From an uncultured Gemmatimonadales bacterium (GTDB taxonomy: Bacteria; Gemmatimonadota; Gemmatimonadetes; Longimicrobiales; Gaopeijiaceae): a stretch of DNA of 64,000 nucleotides. Under the pieces are notes generated by a model. The model saw only the letters and a program-made list of their open reading frames with translations, made no database searches and had not been told where the DNA came from. The translations under genes were made by a program, and so were the position numbers. The stretch covers positions 96,001-160,000 of the forward strand of contig CAWGKG010000017.1 in the NCBI GenBank assembly GCA_963823035.1, written 5' to 3'. This document shows positions 21,833 through 32,947 of the stretch, piece after piece; the first letter of the stretch is position 1, and each line of letters opens with the position of its first letter.

Positions 21833-23519
21833 CTACCAGAAGAGGATGTTCAGCGCCAGCGCCATCACGATCACGATCACGCCGAGCGCCGCGGGCTGCT
21901 TGATCCAGCTCACCGCCTCGCGCTTGGGCCGTTCGGTGAGCGAGTAGACCAGCCCCACCATCTCGCTGTCGGGGCGCGGGCGGGTGAGCAGGCTCACGAT
22001 GATCGTGATGACGAAGCACGAGCGTCCACGCCCAGATGGCCGTCCAGAAGCTCTGGGCCATCTCGCTCGGGTAGGTGTGCGCGACCACGCCCAGCCAACC
22101 GCCCTTCACTCCGGGCGCGTTGCCCACCGAGAGGGTGAGCCCGTGGTGGATCGCCGCGGCCACCGTGCCGCCGAGCAGCCCGGTGAAGGCGCCGTGCCCC
22201 GTGGAGCGCTTCCAGAACATGCCGAGGAGGAAGGTCGCGAACAGCGGCCCGTTCACGAAGGCGAACACCAGCTGGAGCATGTCCATGATGTTGTTGAACG
22301 CGGACGCCAGGTACGCGGTGACGACCGAGAGCGCGATGCCCACCACCGTGGTCACGCGCCCGACGCGCAGGTAATGCGCGTCCGTGCCGTTCTTGTGGAT
22401 GTAGGACTGGTACAGGTCGTACGTCCACACGGTGTTGAAGGCCGTCACGTTGCCCGCCATCCCACTCATGAACGACGCCATCAGCGCGGTCAGGCCGATG
22501 CCCAGCAGCCCCGACGGGAAGTAGTGGATGAGCATCGACGGGATGGCCATGTTGTAGTCGTAGCCCGTCCCCGCGGCGTTCATGGGCAGCTCGTAGCCGG
22601 ACAGGCCACCGCCCGAGGTGAGCGCGATCGCGACGATGCCCGGGAGGATGACGAGGAAGGGGAAGAACATCTTCGGCACCGCCGCGATGAGCGGCGTCCT
22701 GCGCGCCGCGCTCATCGAGTCGGCGGCCATCGCGCGCTGGATCACGAGGAAGTCCGTGCACCAGTAGCCGAACGAGAGCACGAACCCCAGGCCGAAGACG
22801 AGCCCGAACCACTCCACGCCCATGGGGTTGGCGGCCGCGGAGCCCATCTCGGCCCACGAGTGCGTCATGGCGGGCTCGAGGCGGTCCACGATGCCCTGCC
22901 ATCCCCCCACGTCGCGCAGGCCGAGGTAGACCAGCGGGATGAAGCCGAGCACGATCAGGAAGAACTGCAGCACCTCGTTGTAGATGGCCGAGGTGAGGCC
23001 GCCCAGGAAGATGTAGAACAGCACGATCAGCGCCGACACGATGATGCTGAACGTGTAGTTCCACCCGAGCAGCAGCTTGAGCAGCTCGGCCATGACGTGC
23101 ATCGAGATCCCCGACGAGAAGAGCGTCATGACCGCGAACGAGCCGGCGTTGAACGCCCGCGTCTTCTCGTCGAAGCGGAGCTTGAGGTACTCGGGGACGC
23201 TCCTGGCGCGCGAGCCGTAGTAGAACGGCATCATGAAGAGCCCGACGAAGACCATCGCCGGGATCGCGCCCACCCAGTAGAAGTGGCTGGTGGCGATGCC
23301 GTACTTGGCCCCCGACGCGCCCATGCCGATGACCTCCTGCGCGCCGAGGTTCGCCGACAGGAACGCCAGCCCCGCGACCCACGCGGGGATGCTCCGGCCG
23401 GAGAGGAAGAAGTCGGTGGACGAGCGCGTGTAGCGGCGCAGCGCCCAGCCGATGCCAAGGACGAATGCGAAATAGGTCGCCAGGATCGCGTAGTCGATGA
23501 ACGTGAGGTCGGCGCTCAT
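21833..23519 (-). CDS. Sodium:solute symporter, SGLT/Na+-galactose cotransporter-like; frameshift near 22020
   Basis: DFFLSGRSIPAWVAGLAFLSANLGAQEVIG; SVPEYLKLRFD; YWCTDFLVIQRAMAA; ends LNILFW. Confidence 0.92.
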
Positions 23520-23587
23520 GCGGTCGGCTCGGCTGGGGAAAACGTGTGCGCAGTTTGGGACGCGAGCGTCTTCGGGGCCATGGCCCC

Positions 23588-26083
23588 TCATCGGGCGGGA
23601 ACCCGCGGGGGCGGATCGCCCGCCACCACGACCAGGTCGAGCGTGGCTTCGGGGAGCCCCTCCGACCGGGCGGTGACCGTCACCCTTCCGGTCCGGTCGC
23701 TCGACTGGATCATCCCCAGCAGCAGGCCGTGGAACGCCGCCCGCCGCGCCGTGCCGTACGCGGTGTGGTCCGTCGGGTCGCCGTTCCCCACCGCCAGGAC
23801 GCGCGCCGGGGCCGTCGATCGACAACTCCACGATCGCGCTCGCCGAGGGGACCACCACACCGTGGCCGTCCACCACCTCGACGGTGACGTGCGCCACGTC
23901 CCGGACGCCCGAGCGGATCGTGTCGCGATCCACGCTCAGGCGCAGCGCCGCCGGCGCACCGGCGGTCCGCACCTCCTCGGTGGCCACGACCTCCCCATTC
24001 CTCTTGCCGACCGCGCGCAGCACGCCCGGCTCGTAGGGCACGTCCCAGGACATGTGCAGGTCCGCGGTGGTCGGGAAGGCCTGCGGCCGGTCGTAGTGGT
24101 TCCAGCTCTCCGAGGTGCCCTGCCGGGGGAACTCGATACGCTTCTCGCCGATGAACCGGTCGTTGAGGTACAGCTCCACGGCGTCGCAGTTGGTGTAGGC
24201 GAGCACCGGAATGCTCTGCCCCTCCCGCCCGGGCCAGTTCCAGTGCGGGAAGAGGTGGATCATGGGCGCGTCGGTCCACCGGCTCTGGTAGAAGAAGTAC
24301 CCGTCGTCGGGGAAGCCCACGAGGTCGAGCACGCCCGACGTGGAGCTCTTCCGGGGCCAACGTGCCTCGCCGAGGTAGTCGATGCCGGTCCACATGAAGT
24401 CGCCTGCGAACCAGTCGTTGAGGGCGACGAAGCGCCAGAGCTGCTCCGCACGGATCATCCCGTTCGTGTAGTCGGGCTGCACGCGGTCCGGGTCGTCGCC
24501 GAGCGAGTATTCTCCGCGGGTGCCCCGCACGGACACGCTCTCCGTGCCGACGCGACTCCACTCCGGGTGCGCCGACCGGTCCGCGGTGGCGTACAGCTCC
24601 CTCCGCTCGTGCCAGCGGTCCACGTAGTTGTAGCCGACCACGTCCAGCAGCCCCATGAACCCCTCGGTGGTGGCTCCGTCGTCCGCGGCGATGTGGTCGT
24701 TGCCGGTGGTGACCGGGCGGGTCGGGTCCTCCCGGTGGGCGATGTCGCGCAGGCCGCGGAGCACCGCCTCGCCCCCCTCGGCGTGCTGCTCCCCGATCTC
24801 GTTGCCCAGGCTCCACAGCACCACGGACGGATGGTTCCGGTCGCGACTGGAGGAAGTCGACCAGGTCGCGCTCGCCCCACTCGGCGAAGTACTCGTGGTA
24901 GCCGTGCGGCACCTTCCCGTGCGTCCATTCGTCGAACGCCTCGTCCATCACCAGGAGCCCGAGCCGGTCGCACAGGTCCAGGAACTCGGGAGCCGGCGGG
25001 TTGTGGGCGGTGCGGATCGCGTTGACGCCCATCCCCTTGAGCAGGACGCAGGCGTCGCTCCCACACGGCCTCGGGGACCGCCGCGCCGACGGGCCCGCCG
25101 CCGTGATGCAGGTTGACGCCGAGCATCTTCACCGGCTCGCCGTTGAGGAGGAAGCCGCGCTCCGCGTCGAAGACGGCGGTGCGGATCCCGAAGGGGGTGT
25201 CGGTCCGGTCGACCGTGCGCCCCGCGCCGTCCAGCACCGTCGTGCGCAGCGTGTACAACACCGGCGCCTTCAGCGACCAGAGCGCCGGGTTCGACACCGG
25301 GAGGCGCTGTGCCACCTCGGTGGAGGCCCCGGCCCGCACCTCGAACGGCGTCTCCGCGCGGGCGACCTCCTCGCCCCTTCCGTCCAGGACGGCCGTCCGC
25401 AGCGTACCCGCTCGGGAACCGGCATCGTCGTTCACCAGCGTGGTGCGCGCGGCCACGACGGCGGCCGTGCCCTCGACCTCGGGGGTGGTCACGTACGTGC
25501 CCCACAGGCCCACGTGCAGCGGATCGGTCACCACGAGCCAGACGTGCCGGTAGATCCCGCTCCCCGAGTACCACCTCGAGTTCGGCTGCCGCGAGTTGTC
25601 GACGCGCACGGCCACCACGTTGTCGCCGGCGGTCAGGTGCGGCGTGAGATCGTACGCGAAGCTCACGTACCCGTTCGGTCGGTGGCCGAGGAGGTGGCCG
25701 TTGATCCAGACGTCCGCGTTCTGGTAGACCCCGTCCAGCTCGATGGTGACGCGGCGGCCCCGCCACGCGTCGTCGAAGGCGAAGGAGCGGCGGTACCAGC
25801 CCACGCCCGTGGGCAGATAGCCACCGCCGCCCCCGGTCGGCGCGTTCTGATCGTAGGGGCCCTCGACGCTCCAGTCGTGCGGAAGGTCGAGCGTTCGCCA
25901 CCCGACGGCGTCGAAGGCGCGCGCCTCGGCTCCCGCCGGGTCCCCGCGGGTGAAGCGCCAGCCGTAGTCCAGCGACAGGCGCCGGGCCTGCATACCCGTG
26001 CCGGCGCGCTGTGCGGCGAGTGGGCCCGCTGCGCAGGCGACCACGCCAAGGGTCGAGAGGACCAGCCGCCACCGACGCCTCAT
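23588..26083 (-). CDS. Glycoside hydrolase family 2 (beta-galactosidase-like, DUF4982-type C-terminus), Sec signal; frameshifted
   Basis: [75 protein letters not shown]. Confidence 0.92.
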
Positions 26084-28686
26084 CGTGCCTCCTCCGGTGC
26101 CTCGCTGCCGGGAATCCTGAACTTCGGGGCGTCACCATCCGCCATCGCGACGCGCTCGCCATCGACGTAGAGGGCCGCGCGCACACGCCCCGACGCGGTG
26201 AAGGGTCCATCGTACAGCGGGGCGTCGGGCCCCGGCTCCCCGCCGTCCGTCGCGACACGTACGATCCACGGCCCCACGTCGCCACCCACGCTCACGCCGT
26301 CGCTCAGGACGCGGGTGCGCTCCCCGTCACGCACGATGGCCAGCGCGTACACGGCCGCGCGCGGCCTGCGCGCCTCCGTCTGCACCAGGATGCTGGAGGT
26401 CCCCGCCTCCGAGGAGAACGGGTTGGCGCCCACGAGCTCCACCTCGCCCGTCGCCCCGAAGAAGACGTTCTCCCAGGCGGAGGTGACCGGCGTCCCCCAT
26501 GCGTCCAGCAGCGTCGCGCGCAGGAAAGCGACGTCCTTCCCCTCCACGGCGAAGGGGCGTCCGCCCTCGTCGAGCCGGAGCTCCAGGCGCGCGGGCGCTT
26601 CCGGCGTGCGCACGGCGTGTCGGGCGACCGCGCGCCCGTCGATGTAGCCGATCGCCTCGAGCGTCCCCGGGCGGAACACACCGAGGTGGAACGTGAAGGG
26701 AGGATGCGGCAGGCGCGTCGAGATCCGGTCCGCATCCGGCGCGCGCCGCTCCACGACCTCACCGTCTCGCCTCAGCTCCACCTGCTCGCAGTTGCTGAAC
26801 ACACGCACGTCCGGCGTCGACTCCGGCGTCCAGTAGCTCGCGATGAACACGTTGGGCCCGGGTGCCGTGCCGCCCACCTCCTCCGCGGGATCACGCTGAC
26901 TCCGGTAGAACCGGTACGACAGCTTGGGGAGGCGGAAGAGGTCCATGCACCCGGACGACTCGATGTCCGGGGCATATCCGCGGTTGTAGTCGAACATCAC
27001 CCATAGCCCGTCGGCGAACGCGATGGTGGCCAGGTTGTCGTTGTGGGCTTCCTGGAAGTTCGTGGCCTGCTGCAGGAGGGCGGTCTCACCTGCCCAGCGC
27101 ATCTGCCGGCTGTTGGCCGCGTCCGGCGCCAGGTTCGCCCAGGTGTCCTGGTTGAAGCCGGCGTTCTGCGCGTAGTACTCCCAGTCGCCGTACTCGCTGA
27201 CCATGCACGCGCGTCCCACCACCTCGGTGCAGCCGCCATGCTGGCGGGCCTGGATGAACACGTCGTAGCCTTCGGTCCATCCGCAGCTGTAGCACTGGTC
27301 GCCGGGATATTCCTCGTGGGCGATCGCCTGCGTCCTCTCGATGAACGCCGGCGGCATCCCGGTCTCGTTGAGGGAGACCTCCCACAGCACCACGCACGCG
27401 TGGTTCCGGTCCCTGCGGATCAGCTTCCGGCAGTTGTCGTACTGGACCTCGGAGAACGCCGGATCCTCGGCGTTGAAGTACTGCCAGCCCGGGATGCAGT
27501 CCATCACCACGAGGCCCAGCTCGTCGCAGGCGTCCATGAACGCCGGCGCGTGAGCGTAGTGGGAGAGGCGCACGAAGTCGAAGCCCGCCTCCTTGATCTT
27601 CCGTGCGTCGCGGTGCTGCGCCGCGTCGGAGAGCGCGTATCCCACCCACGGATACTCCTGGTGACGGTTGGCTCCCCGCAGGAACATGCGCTCGCCGTTG
27701 ATGCGGAAGCCGTCCGCCGAGATGTCGATGCGGCGGATGCCGACGCGCGTCGACTCCTCGTCGACCACGGCGCCGTCCTCGATCACCTCCGTGTGGAGCG
27801 TGTGCAGGGTGGGGCGTCGGGGGCTCCACAGCGCCGGCGACGGCACGTGGAGATCCCCCTCCACGTGCGTGGCCCCGCCCGCCCCGAGGCGCACGGGGTC
27901 GGACCACGCCTCGGCGACCATGCCCTCCTCCGCGCCGAAGAGGCGATGTCGCACCCGGAAGGCGCGCCCCACGCGGTCGTCGTTCCGCACGTGGACCCGG
28001 ACCCGTACGGTGGCCCGTTCGGTGGAAGCCTCCGCGCAGGTGACGAACACTCCGCCCCCGGCGGGCTCGTCGGCGAGGATCGGATCCGTGATGTGGAGCG
28101 GGTCCTTGAGGATCAGGTGCGCGTTGCGGTAGAGGCCGTGGTACGGGTTGAAGTCGAGCTGCGCGAGGGGCTTCGGGCCGGTCACGGCGTTGTCGCGGTT
28201 GTCCAGGCGGACGGCCACCACGTTGTCTCCACCGACGACGACGTCGTCCGTGATGTCGAAGGCGAAGGGAAGCCATCCGCCCAGATGGCGACCGAGCCGC
28301 GCGCCGTTGAGCCAGACGTCGGCGACGTTCATGGCGGCCTCGAACTTCAGGAAGACCTTGCGCCCCCTGCTCTCCTCCCCGAGGTGGAAGGCCTTGCGAT
28401 ACCAACAGATGCCCTGCCACTGCGCGGTCGCGCTCCCGGGTTCGCCGGTCACAACGTTCTCGATGCGCGCCGTGTGCGGGAGGGTGGCCGCGCTCCACGC
28501 GGCGTCGTCGAACCCGACGGCCGAGGCGCCGTCCACGTCCCCGAGGAGGAAGCGCCACCCCGGATTGAAGTCTCGCCGCACCGCCCCGGGGCGAAGGACC
28601 ACGTCCACCCTTCCCGGGAGCTTCGGATCGAGGGCCAGGACGGCGCCCGCCACCGCCGTGTGTCGCACGAACTCGCGTCTCTTCAT
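26080..28686 (-). CDS. Glycoside hydrolase family 2 with twin-arginine signal peptide
   Basis: MKRREFVRHTAVAGAVLAL; WQGICWYRKAF; LRGANRHQEYPWVGYAL; FVRLSHY; LWEVSLNE; VSEYGDWEY. ATGA overlaps with both neighbours. Confidence 0.92.
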   Translation of the reverse strand: MKRREFVRHTAVAGAVLALDPKLPGRVDVVLRPGAVRRDFNPGWRFLLGDVDGASAVGFDDAAWSAATLPHTARIENVVTGEPGSATAQWQGICWYRKAFHLGEESRGRKVFLKFEAAMNVADVWLNGARLGRHLGGWLPFAFDITDDVVVGGDNVVAVRLDNRDNAVTGPKPLAQLDFNPYHGLYRNAHLILKDPLHITDPILADEPAGGGVFVTCAEASTERATVRVRVHVRNDDRVGRAFRVRHRLFGAEEGMVAEAWSDPVRLGAGGATHVEGDLHVPSPALWSPRRPTLHTLHTEVIEDGAVVDEESTRVGIRRIDISADGFRINGERMFLRGANRHQEYPWVGYALSDAAQHRDARKIKEAGFDFVRLSHYAHAPAFMDACDELGLVVMDCIPGWQYFNAEDPAFSEVQYDNCRKLIRRDRNHACVVLWEVSLNETGMPPAFIERTQAIAHEEYPGDQCYSCGWTEGYDVFIQARQHGGCTEVVGRACMVSEYGDWEYYAQNAGFNQDTWANLAPDAANSRQMRWAGETALLQQATNFQEAHNDNLATIAFADGLWVMFDYNRGYAPDIESSGCMDLFRLPKLSYRFYRSQRDPAEEVGGTAPGPNVFIASYWTPESTPDVRVFSNCEQVELRRDGEVVERRAPDADRISTRLPHPPFTFHLGVFRPGTLEAIGYIDGRAVARHAVRTPEAPARLELRLDEGGRPFAVEGKDVAFLRATLLDAWGTPVTSAWENVFFGATGEVELVGANPFSSEAGTSSILVQTEARRPRAAVYALAIVRDGERTRVLSDGVSVGGDVGPWIVRVATDGGEPGPDAPLYDGPFTASGRVRAALYVDGERVAMADGDAPKFRIPGSEAPEEAR

Positions 28687-31358
28687 GGTCCCCCGGAGGT
28701 TGGCTCGAGAAGCACCGACTCGACCTCGAAGCCGTGCGTACCCGCCGACCCGCCCACGAAGAGCTCCGGGCTCGAGAGGAGCTGGATGCCGTCGAGGCGG
28801 GAGGGGTCGGGCGACGGGCGGTCCGTGTCGGCCGTCAGCAGGTAGGGAAGGAACTCGGGATAGGGCCGGGGCAACAGGGCCAAGGGCACGCGGCGGAGCG
28901 TAGAGAGCGGCAGGGTGACGTCGCGCCAGCGGTCCGTGAGGTCGATCGCCGCGCCCCATGTGGTGCCGTCCCGCTCCACGAGCGCCACCTGTACGCGGTC
29001 CGCCGCCCGCCCCGCCGAGCGCGCACGCACGCGAAGCGTCCACCCCCCATCGGCCGCGGCGAGCCGCGTACGCTCGGTGGGAGCCAGAAAGGTCCGGACC
29101 GCGAAGTGATGGGGCTCGGGCGTGAAGTTCTCCACGTCCACCCGCAACGCCGACCGTCCGGGTGCGCTTCCCGGGACCACGTCCATTCGGAAAGGGACGT
29201 ACGCGAACGGGGTGGGCACGAGCAGTCGGTCCAGATCGCGCCGCGCGTCGTACAGCAGGACCGCGGACGCCTCCTCGACGATCGGCACGCGCCACCCCTC
29301 GCGGCCGGTGAAGTCCCAACGGAAGGGGTCCCCCTCGACGCCGCCCGGGAAGGTGCGCACGGCGTCGGGAGTGTAGACCGCGACCACGTAGTCGAGCAGT
29401 CCGGAGCGCATCGCCTCGGCCGGCAATTCCGCAGCGTAGCCGAAGGCCCCCGTGGGCGACATGGGCTCGCGGAGCATCCGGCCGCCGCCCATGACATGCC
29501 GCGCGAAGAGCGCGACGGAGTCGGGTGCCTCGCGCCCCACGACCTCCACGGCCACGCGCAGCGGCTCCGCCGCCGTGGCCTCGTCCGCCGGCGTGTGCAG
29601 CACCACCGTGCCGGCCGCGCTCGAGGAAGGAGGCGCCACGAAGGCGCCGAGGTGGCGGCCCGCCACCTCGCCTGCGACCGACACGGGTACCTCGGCGCCG
29701 GACCGCGCGAGGAGATAGACGCCGGGGCGCACGTCGAGCGCCCTGCCCCGCACCGACGGTCGGTGGTCGTTGCCGTCGTCCACCGGGCGCGCGCCGAAGT
29801 CGGAGCCGAGATCGGGGAGGTCGACGGTCATCGCGCGCGTTCGCCACAGGACGCGCACCGCCTCACGCTCCAGGCTCGGGCGGGTGAACGGGTCGACGAC
29901 CCAGACGGCGTCCGGGTACACCTCCAGGCGCCAGACGCCGACGGCCACCCGGTCGAGGAAATAGCTGCCCGTTCCATCGTAGGACACCACGGGAGAGCTG
30001 CCGACGCCTGCGACGTGCCGCAGCGTGGAGGGCTCGGGCGGACGCGTACCGGTGTCGTTCGAGTACAGGAAGACCGTGTCGCCCACCAACTCGCTCAGGT
30101 CCTGCTCGTAGCTCACCCGGAAGTCCCCGAACCGTTCGCTCGTGGGATAGACGCCATAGGCCCCACCGCGAGGGAGCGCGCGGAAGGCCGCGCCGGCGAT
30201 CATGAAGCTGACGGCCTTGTGGGGCGTGTACACGAGGTTGAGGAAGTGGGTCTGGTACTCGGTGTTGGACCGGGCGATGGCGAGGGGGTCGTACGCGAAC
30301 TGGGTCGCCCACTGGAAGCCCGCCCCGCGGAAGGCACGGGCCATCGCCGGATACATGTACGAGCCCGCCTCGTCGGCGGCGTCGAACTCGTAGACCATGC
30401 GCGCCTTGTCGCGGCACTCGGGGAAGGCCTCCCAGGGGATCGGGTAGCGGTCCACGTTGGGGAGCATGTTCCCGCCCACCGCGCCGTTGCGGACGAGCCC
30501 CGTGGGATACCACTGGTGGCTCACGCCCTGGATGTCGGCGGCGCACACCGCATGGCCGTGGGCGTCCCGGTAGCCCTGGCTGATGTTGTAGAAGATCGGC
30601 TTGCGGAACCCCGCTTCGCGCAGCGCCTGCACCATCTGGTCGATGTAGTCCGTGGTCTCCGCCGGCGTGCCCGGATGGCTGGGCTCGTTGAAGACCTCGA
30701 CCGCGAGGACGTCGGGATCGTCGCGGTAGGAGAGCCCCGAATACGGGTTCACGTGGGCGATGAACTGGCCGAGGTAGCGGGCCTCGCGACGGCGCGCCTC
30801 GGGGTCGACGGTCATCGCGCCCTTCTCCCATCCGTCGGACAGGCCGTCCGTAGGCGGATCGCGCTCCGGGTAGCCGGTGCCCCACCAGGCGATCGGCGTC
30901 AGGATCGTGTGGATGCCGTGCTCGCCCAGGCGCGTGATGAGGTAGTCCAGCAGATCGAGGTGGTCGTTCGGAACGAGATCGCCCTCCCGGTCGCTCACCT
31001 CCCGGTCCCACACGTGGACGCGGAAGGCGTCGACGCCGAGGCGGGCCAGGTGGGACACGTCCGCGTCGATGGCGCGCTTCCGGTCGGCGCCTACGCGACC
31101 GAGGGCGCGATACGCGTACGCGAAGGGCGCGGTGTAGTTGACACCGAAGAGCGCGACCTCTTCGTTCGTGGCCGTCCAGCGCATCACGCCTTCGCCGTCG
31201 ACCGAGACGGGCACCTCCCGCTCCGCGACCTGGCGGGCCGCTACGGCGCCGGACCCGAGGCACGTGAGCGAACCAACGGCGAGGGCGACGCGGACCACCC
31301 GGCGGGCCACGCCCGTCGATCCGGACTCCTCGACGCGCGCCCTCGTCGTGCCGGCCAT
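28683..31358 (-). CDS. Exported GH-A clan glycosidase resembling GH147 (beta-galactosidase of galactan PULs; often annotated cellulase family)
   Basis: VDGEGVMRW..FGVNYTAPFAYAYRA..DVSHLARLGVDAFRVHVWD; EVFNEPSH (acid/base); RMVYEFDAAD (nucleophile); GFQWATQFAYDP..NTEYQTHFLNL. Confidence 0.75.
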   Translation of the reverse strand: MAGTTRARVEESGSTGVARRVVRVALAVGSLTCLGSGAVAARQVAEREVPVSVDGEGVMRWTATNEEVALFGVNYTAPFAYAYRALGRVGADRKRAIDADVSHLARLGVDAFRVHVWDREVSDREGDLVPNDHLDLLDYLITRLGEHGIHTILTPIAWWGTGYPERDPPTDGLSDGWEKGAMTVDPEARRREARYLGQFIAHVNPYSGLSYRDDPDVLAVEVFNEPSHPGTPAETTDYIDQMVQALREAGFRKPIFYNISQGYRDAHGHAVCAADIQGVSHQWYPTGLVRNGAVGGNMLPNVDRYPIPWEAFPECRDKARMVYEFDAADEAGSYMYPAMARAFRGAGFQWATQFAYDPLAIARSNTEYQTHFLNLVYTPHKAVSFMIAGAAFRALPRGGAYGVYPTSERFGDFRVSYEQDLSELVGDTVFLYSNDTGTRPPEPSTLRHVAGVGSSPVVSYDGTGSYFLDRVAVGVWRLEVYPDAVWVVDPFTRPSLEREAVRVLWRTRAMTVDLPDLGSDFGARPVDDGNDHRPSVRGRALDVRPGVYLLARSGAEVPVSVAGEVAGRHLGAFVAPPSSSAAGTVVLHTPADEATAAEPLRVAVEVVGREAPDSVALFARHVMGGGRMLREPMSPTGAFGYAAELPAEAMRSGLLDYVVAVYTPDAVRTFPGGVEGDPFRWDFTGREGWRVPIVEEASAVLLYDARRDLDRLLVPTPFAYVPFRMDVVPGSAPGRSALRVDVENFTPEPHHFAVRTFLAPTERTRLAAADGGWTLRVRARSAGRAADRVQVALVERDGTTWGAAIDLTDRWRDVTLPLSTLRRVPLALLPRPYPEFLPYLLTADTDRPSPDPSRLDGIQLLSSPELFVGGSAGTHGFEVESVLLEPTSGGP

Positions 31359-31432
31359 CACCGCCTCCTGGCTTTCTCCCCCGCGGGGGTGTACGCTCGC
31401 GGGCCACCCCGGTGCCGTACACACGGGGACCA

Positions 31433-31453
31433 TTTGTCGATAGTATTGACAAA
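31433..31453. promoter_or_regulatory. Palindromic operator, probably for the ROK repressor, overlapping a TTGACA -35 box
   Basis: TTTGTC-GATAGTATT-GACAAA, an AT-rich island between the divergent GH147-like and ROK genes. Confidence 0.7.
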
Positions 31454-31510
31454 AGCGGCTGCGGTCGACAAGACTCGCGCCGGATCTTCTATACAGGTGT
31501 TGCTGTCCCG

Positions 31511-32731
31511 ATGCGCAAGATCGACACGAAGAGTTTCCGCAGAGCCACCCGCACGACCACCCGGCTGATCAACCGGCAGATCGTCCTGAACCTCGTCCAC
31601 GAGCACCAGCCCATCTCGCGGGCCGAGCTCGCGAGGAAGATGAAGGTGGCCCGCGGATCGGTGACGCCCCTGGTGAAGGACCTCCTCGAGGACGGCTTGA
31701 TCTACGAGGGCGCGAACGGTGCCACCTCGCGCGGTCGCCCCGCCAGGCAGCTCTACGTCCGCACGGTCGACCGCCTGGCCGTGGGCGTGGACATCCGTTA
31801 CAGCGGCACGTCGATCCTCCTCGGCGACTTCAGCGGACGGGAGCTGCACATCGAGCGCTTCGACACGCCGCTCGATCCCGACGACATGGTCAGGGAGCTG
31901 GCCCGCAGGATCGGTTGCCTGGTGACCAGCTTCTCCGACGTGGGCAAGTGCGAGGGCGTCGGCCTGGTCGTGCCCGGAATCGTGGACCGACCCAGCGGCG
32001 TGGTCCTGCACGCACCCACCCTGCACTGGAAGGACGTGGACCTGCGCGGCGCGCTCGCGCGGGAAATCGACGCGCCCGTGCACATCGAGCGCGACGCCGT
32101 GGCCTGTGCGATGGCACGCATGTGGCTCGGACACGACAAGGGCGACGCCAGCAACAACTTCGTGTACCTCACCGTCTCCGACGGCGTGGGTACGGGCCTG
32201 GTCGTGAACGGCGGCGTGCTGCGGGGAGCCTGGAGCACCGCCGGCGAGTTCGGACACGTACCGCTCAACCTCGAGGGACCCCTTTGCGCCTGCGGGGCGC
32301 GGGGATGCCTGGAGGCCTACGCGTCGAATCCGGCCACGGTCGCCCGGTACATGGGCTGGGAGTTGGCCACCGCGGAAGACCATGCCGAGTTGCGGGCCAG
32401 CGACATGGCCATCGGGGACGTGATCGCTCGCGCTCGCGCCGGCGACGCGGCCGCGACCTGGGCGCTCTGGGAGACCGGGCGCTGCCTCGGGATCGGCATC
32501 GCCAACCTCATCAACTCCGTCAGCCCGGCGCTCGTGGTGATCGGTGGCGAGATCACCTCCGCGTGGGACCTGATCGAGCCGGCCGTCCGTGATTCGGTGC
32601 GCGGCCGCTCGCTGACGGGCGTCTCCGCGGAGACGCCGCTGGCCATCGAGATGGACGAGGACCTCCTCCGCCTCAAGGGCGGCACGTGCCTCGTGCTCGC
32701 TCCCGTTCTGGTCGCTCCCGAAGTGGCCTGA
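31511..32731 (+). CDS. ROK family transcriptional repressor (XylR/NagC-like)
   Basis: INRQIVLNLVHEHQPISRAELAR HTH; SRGRPA; AGEFGHVPLNLEGPLCACGARGCLEAYAS. Confidence 0.95.
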   Translation: MRKIDTKSFRRATRTTTRLINRQIVLNLVHEHQPISRAELARKMKVARGSVTPLVKDLLEDGLIYEGANGATSRGRPARQLYVRTVDRLAVGVDIRYSGTSILLGDFSGRELHIERFDTPLDPDDMVRELARRIGCLVTSFSDVGKCEGVGLVVPGIVDRPSGVVLHAPTLHWKDVDLRGALAREIDAPVHIERDAVACAMARMWLGHDKGDASNNFVYLTVSDGVGTGLVVNGGVLRGAWSTAGEFGHVPLNLEGPLCACGARGCLEAYASNPATVARYMGWELATAEDHAELRASDMAIGDVIARARAGDAAATWALWETGRCLGIGIANLINSVSPALVVIGGEITSAWDLIEPAVRDSVRGRSLTGVSAETPLAIEMDEDLLRLKGGTCLVLAPVLVAPEVA

Positions 32732-32796
32732 TCGGCCCTTCGCTCCCCGACGTCGTCCGACCCCGGGATCGGCACGCCGGAGTCCGCCTGACCGGA

Positions 32797-32839
32797 TAAA
32801 GTAAATTCTATTGACAAAATCGGATTTGAACTTTAATTC
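32797..32839 (+). promoter_or_regulatory. Sigma70-like promoter of the susC operon with a degenerate copy of the putative ROK operator
   Basis: TTGACA(32811-16)-N17-TAATTC; TATTGACAAAA is identical to the right half of the 31433 site. Confidence 0.7.
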
Positions 32840-32947
32840 GAGGACACGCAAACGCGGGTTCGGGTCGAGCCGTCCGGTTACGTCTTCCCCCCACCGACCC
32901 GCATCCGGCCGGGGGCCGTCGCGGCCCCCACAGCTCGAGGAAACGGC

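Noticed and set aside
21339..24824. Apparent GH2-symporter fusion ORF (1161 aa)
   Set aside because: The GH2 C-terminus continues in another frame ending at 23588, and the symporter has its own ATG at 23519; frameshift artefact.
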